Origin: Octopus vulgaris
Lineage: Eukaryota
Assembly: GCA_951406725.2 (NCBI GenBank)
Contig: OX597843.1
Location: 3,038,001 to 3,102,000, forward strand
Length of the DNA: 64,000 nt
Direction of reading: 5' to 3'
Shown: positions 55,978-64,000 of the stretch, piece after piece
How the letters are laid out: every line of letters starts with the position of its first letter
Numbering within the stretch: the first letter of the stretch is position 1
Made by a program: the position numbers and the translations under genes
The notes under the pieces: generated by a model
What the model was told of the DNA's origin: nothing
Database searches by the model: none
What the model saw: only the letters and a program-made list of their open reading frames with translations

Positions 55978-58548
55978 TCAGGTCATCCCATAAGTTCTGT
56001 CTGAATTTTGGATAAAGAATACAAGTGATCAAATGTTATATTTAATTGAATGTTAATCATCAATGTACTTTCCTAATTATCTATGACTTACCTCCATCTA
56101 TTTACAAGCTTTTTAATCCCATCAACGTAAAACTCTTTTGGTTTCAAAGCGAAGAACTCTGAAATGTCAGGTTCGACCTCCACCTGGCTTGCGAAAGTTG
56201 TATCCCCCTACTAATTCTGTAAACTATGAAACAAATGGTATCCTGAAGGAGTAAGGTCGGGAGAATAAGTTGGATGAAGAAATTTTTCCAAACCGACCCC
56301 TTCGATCTTCTGTGATGTGATCTTTGCAGTGTGGGGTTGCGCATTGTCCTGATGAAACATCACTCGTTTTCGACTCACTAAAGCGGCTCTTTTTTCCTTC
56401 AAAGCTTGATTCAAACGCTCTAATTGCTGACAGTAGACTTGAGCATTGATTGTTGCATTAGGTGGTAACAATATAAAGTGAATTACGCCTTTGCAATCGC
56501 ACCAGATAGAGAGTAGAACCTTTTTCCCACGAAGTTCCCTTCTCGGTTGTGGTTGAGAATTTTCCCTTTTACCAAGCCACTGTTTACGACGTCTAACATT
56601 TCGATAGAAAATCCATTTTTCATCACAAGTCTATCGAAAAAGGGTGAAATGAGTTTGCGAGAATGGAGAGAAGAGCAGATGCCAACTCGGGATTTGCGGT
56701 TGCTTTCGGACAATACATAAGGCACCTATTTTCCAAGTTTAGGAATCTTTCCACGTTGTTGAAGATGACGATGAACTGTTGTATGGTTTGAAGTAAGCTT
56801 TATTGCCAATTCTTCAACTGATAATGACGGATTTTCTTCAAGTAGTGCCTCAAGGAGCTTGTCAAACTCAACTGGACATCCTGTTCGATATTCATCTTCA
56901 ATTTTGCAGACGATCTCCTGCAAGTTCTTTCATTCGAGCACTTTGCCATAAACTGAGTGTATGTTTCGAGTCACTTCGGCAGCAGAGTTACCTTTATTGT
57001 ACTCATAAGGAATTATATGTGCCTTAAATGCTCCTTGGATACTTCCATGTTGAAAGGGTTTTAATCAAAGCAATTTTAGGGTGTCCACGAAGTCTGGGTT
57101 TATGGAATAAAATCATAACATAAGAAATAATATTTTCCTTTTTTACTTTTGTTTAAATTAAATTTAAAAAATACTTTACTTTTCTAAATTTATTTGTTAT
57201 TTTTTCTACAGATGATCGAATGATGGCTCTGTCTAAAGAAGAAAGAATCCCAGATCGAATGATGAATCTGTCTAAAGAAGAAAGAATCGAGTTAGTATTA
57301 TTAAGTGGACGAGAGGGATGGTCTTATCGCAAAATTGCGGAAGAATTTAATCTTTCACACCCTTGTAGGCAACCTATCTATTTTACTGCCGTCAGGAAAT
57401 TGATCAAGACATTTAAAGAAACAGGCAGTGTTTCGGATAAACCCGTTCCGGGCGACCAAAGACTTCAGATGAAACTAAAGAGGCTGTCGAGGCTAAAGTT
57501 TCTGCTAGCTAGCCCCCAAAAATCACTTCGTCGGACATCTACGGTGTTAGGTGTTCCAAAACCAACCATCCACAAAATGCTGGTTGCGGAAAAGTTTCAT
57601 CGATACAACCTACAGATATTGCATCACTTAAATGAAGACGATCATAGACGAAAACGTGCGAATGGTTTTCAGATAAATTGGATGAAAATATCAATTTTAC
57701 GAAAAACTTTGTGTTGTTCAGTGACAAAGCTACGTTTTATGTAAATGGTGAGGTCAACAGACAGAATCTTCTATACTGGTCTCGAGGTAATCCACATTGG
57801 ATGGATCTATCCAAACAGCAAGACAGCAAAAAGGTGATGGTGTGGTGTTGTTTTTGGAAAGCTCATGTTCTAGGACCCTTCTTCATTGAACATGTAATGG
57901 ATGAGACTTATGCAAATATATTGAGAGACAAATTAATATCTTAAATTGAGCGCCTAGGCGAGGGCCTTCCGAATTGGTTTCAGCAGGATGGGGCCCCTAC
58001 CCATTTTGCCACAACTGTTAGAGATTGATTTAATGACACTTTTCCTCCTCACTAGATTGGAAGAAGGGATCATATGGAATGGTCCCCTCGTTCACCAGAC
58101 CTTTCTCCCCTTGATTTCTTTTTCTGGGGTATGTTGAAAGAGAAAGTTTACTCAATAAAGATTACAGATTTAAAGCACATGAGAGAACGCATTACCAGTC
58201 CAGTGTGCTTAAATTGATGGCAATGTAGACTTAGTTAATCAAGTTCACCTGAATTTTGCAAGGCGCATCAAGTTATGCATTGAAAATGATGGAAATCACT
58301 TTGAAAATATTATTTAGTAACATTATAATTAAATAAAATTGTTTTGTTTTAAAAGTATGTGTTAATTCCTATGTACGCAGACTTTGTGGACACCGTCTAT
58401 TATTATGTAAAACAATATTGAATTAGTTTAAACGTACACAAATGCATAAAAATAATTTTTAATTGAATTAGACATTTGCAAATACTATTAAATTTCATTC
58501 AAATCTATAAAACAGGTAAAATTGGACAGAACTGACTGGATGACTTGA
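55978..58548 (-). mobile_element. Mariner element (decayed transposase about 56040-57048) hosting a nested DD41D element
   Basis: TIRs TCAGGTCATCC..GTTCTGTC and GACAGAAC..GGATGACTTGA. Motifs MEVSKEHLRHI, FHQDNAQPH and HPTYSPDLTPS. Confidence 0.85.
57078..58397 (+). mobile_element. Tc1/mariner DD41D (rosa-type) element, decayed
   Basis: TIRs GGTGTCCACGAAGTCTG / CAGACTTTGTGGACACC. Motifs KFKETGSV-like, FSDKATF..GEVNRQN and QQDGAP..WSPRSPDLSPLDFFFWG, with 41 codons counted between the last two Asp. Confidence 0.85.
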
Positions 58549-59289
58549 TATATATAATCTATGATATTCTAGTAAGTTTCAAGTTTATAACACCTTGATA
58601 TCTCATGTTATCTCATTTTATATGCCTAAGACGTTTATTTTCTATTCTGGTTTTCATATATTTCTATACATTATATTTGTATCTATAATTTATTTTAAGC
58701 CGAAACATAATACGATCCTTGTACGAACGAAAGAACAAGAATGTCCTCTGGAACGTTTATCTTCCACCGGCATTTGTAATCGATGGTGACATGTGCGATG
58801 ATTTTGCGACAATCTTATATTTTACAGAGAAATTGGAAGCCCCGAATGTAAGTCAGCGCTTTATGCATAATTCAATATTTATAGTTCTCTATTTCTAAGA
58901 GAAATTCTGTCCTCAATAACTATAGATCTATTTCTAAATGTAATTCTTTTTCTTTTCGTTCATGCATTCCCGTCTGTCTCTTGAAAAAGCTTTCTTTCTG
59001 CAGCGTTCACCACGTCACCTCGTTAGGGTAAAACAGCCCATAGCGAAAATTTTGACTGTCCCGATTTTGTTAGCAGCTTTGACGTTCCACGTATGTCAAA
59101 TTTTATCTAAATTACTTTGGGGGAGCAATTGCTCTAACGAAAACACATCTTGTTGCAATGCGGAGTAGGTAAAACTGCCAACAACTGAGGAAGGGTGGGT
59201 TTTTTTTTATATGCTGCCTTTACGCTATAGTTCTCTATGTAATTATAATTCTTATTCCTCTCTTTCTAAAAAAATAAATAAAGTAAAAA

Positions 59290-59778
<489 letters not shown>

Positions 59779-60577
59779 ACATTGAGCTCACAATGGCGCC
59801 CAGAGCGAGCTCTGGTCGCCATAGCGCTCACTGTTGTCTCGTAGCCGCGGACATTGAGCCCAATGGCGCCCAGAGCGAGCTCTGGTCGCCATAGCGCTCA
59901 CTGTTGTCTCGTAGCCGCGGACATTGAGCCCAATGGCGCCCAGAGCGAGCTCTGGTCGCCATAGCGCTCACTGTTGTCTCGTAGCCGCGGACATTGAGCC
60001 CAATGGCGCCCAGAGCGAGCTCTGGTCGCCATAGCGCTCACTGTTGTCTCGTAGCCGCGGACATTGAGCCCAATGGCGCCCAGAGCGAGCTCTGGTCGCC
60101 ATAGCGCTCACTGTTGTCTCGTAGCCGCGGACATTGAGCCCAATGGCGCCCAGAGCGAGCTCTGGTCGCCATAGCGCTCACTGTTGTCTCGTAGCCGCGG
60201 ACATTGAGCCCAATGGCGCCCAGAGCGAGCTCTGGTCGCCATAGCGCTCACTGTTGTCTCGTAGCCGCGGACATTGAGCCCAATGGCGCCCAGAGCGAGC
60301 TCTGGTCGCCATAGCGCTCACTGTTGTCTCGTAGCCGCGGACATTGAGCCCAATGGCGCCCAGAGCGAGCTCTGGTCGCCATAGCGCTCACTGTTGTCTC
60401 GTAGCCGCGGACATTGAGCCCAATGGCGCCCAGAGCGAGCTCTGGTCGCCATAGCGCTCACTGTTGTCTCGTAGCCGCGGACATTGAGCCCAATGGCGCC
60501 CAGAGCGAGCTCTGGTCGCCATAGCGCTCACTGTTGTCTCGTAGCCGCGGACATTGAGCCCAATGGCGCCCAGAGCC
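59779..60577. repeat. GC-rich 70-bp perfect tandem array (one 72-bp variant, 10 identical units, one partial)
   Basis: Unit ACATTGAGCCCAATGGCGCCCAGAGCGAGCTCTGGTCGCCATAGCGCTCACTGTTGTCTCGTAGCCGCGG starts at 59851, 59921 ... 60551. Confidence 0.97.
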
Positions 60578-60686
60578 CAGCTCAACACACTCCTTATACC
60601 CTAAGGAAGGCATGTGTAAAATTTGAATGAAATTGGTTGAGTAGTTCTCTAGTTTTAGGGAAACGCACAGACAGACAGACACACAT
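60578..60686 (+). mobile_element. Putative HINE/DINE-1-like 3' block following the 70-bp array
   Basis: TGTGTAAAATTTGAATGAAATTGGTTGAGTAGTT..ACAGACAGACAGAC. Confidence 0.5.
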
Positions 60687-61082
60687 TCTCAGACCGGGCG
60701 ATGTGTGTGTTTATGAGCGAAAACAACTAAGCTCCACGCGGCTACGGCAGAAGGTAATGGCAAACTTCTACCAGTCAGTGGAGGCACATGGCATAGTAGT
60801 TAGAGCAGCGGACTCGCGGTCCCGGGATCGCGGGTTCGAATCTCAGACCGGGCGATGTGTGTGTTTATGAGCGAAACACCTAAGCTCCACGCGGCTCCGG
60901 CAGAAGGTAATGGCGAACTTCTGCTCACTCTTTCGCCACAACTTTCTCTCACTCTTTCCTCCTGCATCTTGCAGCTCACCTGCAACGGACCGGCGTCCCG
61001 TCCAGGTGGGGAACCTATACGCCCGGGAAACCGGCCCTTATGAACCAGGCATGGCTCGAGAAGGAAAAACACAACAGCAAAC
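60687..61082 (+). mobile_element. SINE family C-related element (partial plus full copy from about 60777) with a third tail type
   Basis: GTGGAGGCACATGGCATAGTAGTTAG..GGGTTCGAATCTCAGACCGGGCG head and GGACCGGCGTCCCGTCCAGG in the tail. Confidence 0.78.
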
Positions 61083-61176
61083 GTTGTGTCCTTGAGCAAG
61101 AATATTTACTTCCCATTACTCCAGTCTACTCAGCTGACAAAAATGAGTAATACCTGTATTTCAAAGGGTCAGCCTT

Positions 61177-61597
61177 CTTTCTTTACTACCCACAAGGGTC
61201 TAAACATAGAGGGGACAAACAAGGACAGACAAACGGATGAAGTCGATTATCTCGACCCCAGTGCGTAACTGGTACTTATTTAATCGACCCCCGAAAGGAT
61301 GAAAGGTAAAGTCGACCTCGGCGGAATTTGAACTCAGAACGTAACGGCAGACGAAATACCTATTTCTTTACTACTCACAAGGGGCTAAACATAGAGGGGA
61401 CAAACAAGAACAGACAAACGGATGAAGTCGATTATCTCGACCCCAGTGCGTAACTGGTACTTATTTAATCGACCCCCGAAAGGATGAAAGGTAAAGTCGA
61501 CCTCGGCGGAATTTGAACTCAGAACGTAATACCGGCAGACGAAATACCGCTAAGCATTTCGCCCGGCGCGCTAACCTTTCGGCCAGCTCGCCGCCTT
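61177..61597 (-). mobile_element. SINE family B: head plus two tandem bodies
   Basis: Reverse-strand head AAGGCGGCGAGCTGGCCGAAAGGTTAG and a duplicated body of about 185 bp. Confidence 0.85.
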
Positions 61598-61829
61598 CAA
61601 AGGGTCAGCCTTGTCCCACTCAGTGCCACGCTGAACCTCCCTGAGGACTACGTTTCGGGTTACGTGCGTGTCCGCGAAGCACTCAGCCAGTTGCACTTTA
61701 ATTTCACGAGCTGGTCCCCGCTGTAAATCAAATCAGATCATGAGGAACCTTTGTCGTCGTGACAAACGGCGTGCCAGTTCCACGCCTCGTTGCTCACACT
61801 CGTGCGTGCGTGTCCACGCATGTGTGAAT

Positions 61830-61885
<56 letters not shown>

Positions 61886-62044
61886 AGAGATTCACGCTTT
61901 TGATCTTACTTCGCTGAACTTTTGAAGACAGGAGTAAAATGAGCTTGTTGATCAACTCTGAACACATCACATGGCCTACAATGTGAGATGAAAGATTAGA
62001 ATCATGCATTGGTGGGGAAAACGCAGTCTGTAATGGAAAAAAAT

Positions 62045-62069
62045 GTTATATAATCTATGTATGCATACA

Positions 62070-62125
<56 letters not shown>

Positions 62126-62185
62126 AGCATGTATGTATGCTTATGCATATTATATAATCTAATGGATTTCTATATGCATGTATGC

Positions 62186-62217
<32 letters not shown>

Positions 62218-62275
62218 GTATGTAAGCATGTATGTAGCTTATATATATTATATAATCTAATGTATTTATGTATGC

Positions 62276-62325
<50 letters not shown>

Positions 62326-62387
62326 GTAAGTATGTATGTATGCCTATATATATTATATAATCTAATGTATTTGTGTGTGCATGTATG

Positions 62388-62419
<32 letters not shown>

Positions 62420-62494
62420 CGTATGTATGTAAGCACGTGTGTATGCTTATGCTAATATATATTATATAATCTAATGTAGTTGTATATGCATGTA

Positions 62495-62529
<35 letters not shown>

Positions 62530-62605
62530 GTATGTATGTAAGCACGTGTGTATGCTTATGCTAATATATATTATATAATCTAATGTAGTTGTGTGTGCAT
62601 GTATG

Positions 62606-62648
<43 letters not shown>

Positions 62649-62722
62649 GTATGTATGTAAGCACGTGTGTATGCTTATGCTAATATATATTATATAATCT
62701 AATGTAGTTGTATATGAATGTA

Positions 62723-62754
<32 letters not shown>

Positions 62755-62924
62755 CGTATGTATGTAAGCACGTGTGTATGCTTATGCTTATATATATTAT
62801 ATAATCTAATGTATTTGTATATGCATGTATGCATATATATATATATACATATAAATATACGTAAGTATGTATGTAAGCACGTATGTATGCTTATATATAT
62901 TATATAATCTAATGTATTTGTGTA

Positions 62925-62964
<40 letters not shown>

Positions 62965-63194
62965 TATATGTATATATATATGTCGAGAATAAAGGATATT
63001 TTGTTAACTAGTCGTTCAACTCCATTCTTTCATATACTTATAATTTTAAAATAAACATACAAATTTCCGCACGAAGACACGTAGTCTATGCCCTAGGGAC
63101 GTAGCTTCAACCGTGTTCTTTCTGATGTGAATTTGCTACCCAGGTATCGGTTATCTTTCGAATTATCCTTAATAAGATAATTCATTCAATTACT

Positions 63195-63233
<39 letters not shown>

Positions 63234-63504
63234 GTAAGTATGTATGTAAGCATGTATGTATGTTTATATATATTATATAATCTAAAGTATTTATGTATGC
63301 ATGTATGCATACATATATATATGCATATATATATATATATATATATACATACATACATACATATATATATATACGTATGTATGTATGCTTATATATATTA
63401 TATAATCTAATGTATTTGTGTATGCATATATATATATATACGTATATATGTAAGCATGTATGTATGATTATATATATTATATAATCTAATGTATTTATGT
63501 ATGC

Positions 63505-63556
<52 letters not shown>

Positions 63557-63590
63557 GTAAGTATGTATGCAAGCATGTATGTATGCTTAA
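62045..63590. repeat. About 100-125-bp composite minisatellite with variable (TA)n core, about 12 units
   Basis: Recurring TATATTATATAATCTAATGTA..TGCATGTATGCA(TA)n..GTATGTAAGCA. Interrupted at about 62980-63200. Confidence 0.9.
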
Positions 63591-63779
63591 CAGGAGTGGA
63601 TATATTCAAAATAGGTAAAACTAAAAATTGTCCAAGATAAATTAAATTCATTATTGTTACTCAATATGTTAGGGTCATTTAATTTCTGGACGGTTTTGCT
63701 GCCGTTTGATTTCTTTATTCACCAGTTTCTACAAAGATAGAGACTCGAGTAAAATTAATAATAGAGAAACGAAAATAAA

Positions 63780-64000
63780 ACTTTGGAAACAGCAACGCTG
63801 CCATAACTTAGTGGAAACCATGAGCGCGCTCTCAAGGGAGATAATCAGAGAAAGACTTGAAAGTCAACGTAAGATCGTAATACTTAGTGTAAAGTAAATA
63901 TAACACATAATCCAGTATCCTTATCCGGTACGGGATCGATCCCAAAATCTAATGAGTTCGTGCCAGACACGAGACCAAGCATCCCTGAAAGTTTCATCCG
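63780..64000 (+). mobile_element. Putative HINE-like element running off the window end
   Basis: CAAGGGAGATAATC and CCAAAATCTAATGAGTTCG..AAGTTTCATCCG patterns recall mollusc HINE-like repeats. Inferred only. Confidence 0.35.

Noticed and set aside
59779-60577. CRISPR-like array (hairpin-containing repeats)
   Set aside because: Units are identical end to end with no unique spacers, there are no cas genes, and the context is eukaryotic.

Overview
This is AT-rich, microsatellite-saturated eukaryotic DNA. The SINE/LINE/Tc1-mariner content looks like an octopus (coleoid cephalopod) genome, which is my inference from the repeat families. Nearly all ORFs in the supplied track are translated microsatellites or SINEs. 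I can support one real protein-coding gene: a 5-exon SOUL/heme-binding protein (HEBP2-like, about 225 aa, + strand, 29737-38950) with a His/Gln-rich C-terminal tail. The rest is three tRNA-derived SINE families (often as multimers), decayed Tx1/L1-clade and RTE-clade LINEs, Tc1/mariner/DD41D transposon relics (some nested), a non-autonomous Helitron, Helentron-associated (HINE-like) elements, two promoter-like CpG-rich patches, and a perfect 70-bp hairpin-forming tandem array. The most interesting signal is about ten minimal type-I hammerhead ribozyme motifs. They lie in several apparently unrelated AT-rich inverted-repeat (Penelope/retrozyme-like) elements, and several share a non-canonical CCGANGA (U4C) core and long stem II extensions. 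One SINE family also shares its 3' tail with the local Tx1/L1-clade LINE. All structures were read by eye and nothing was computed or database-searched.
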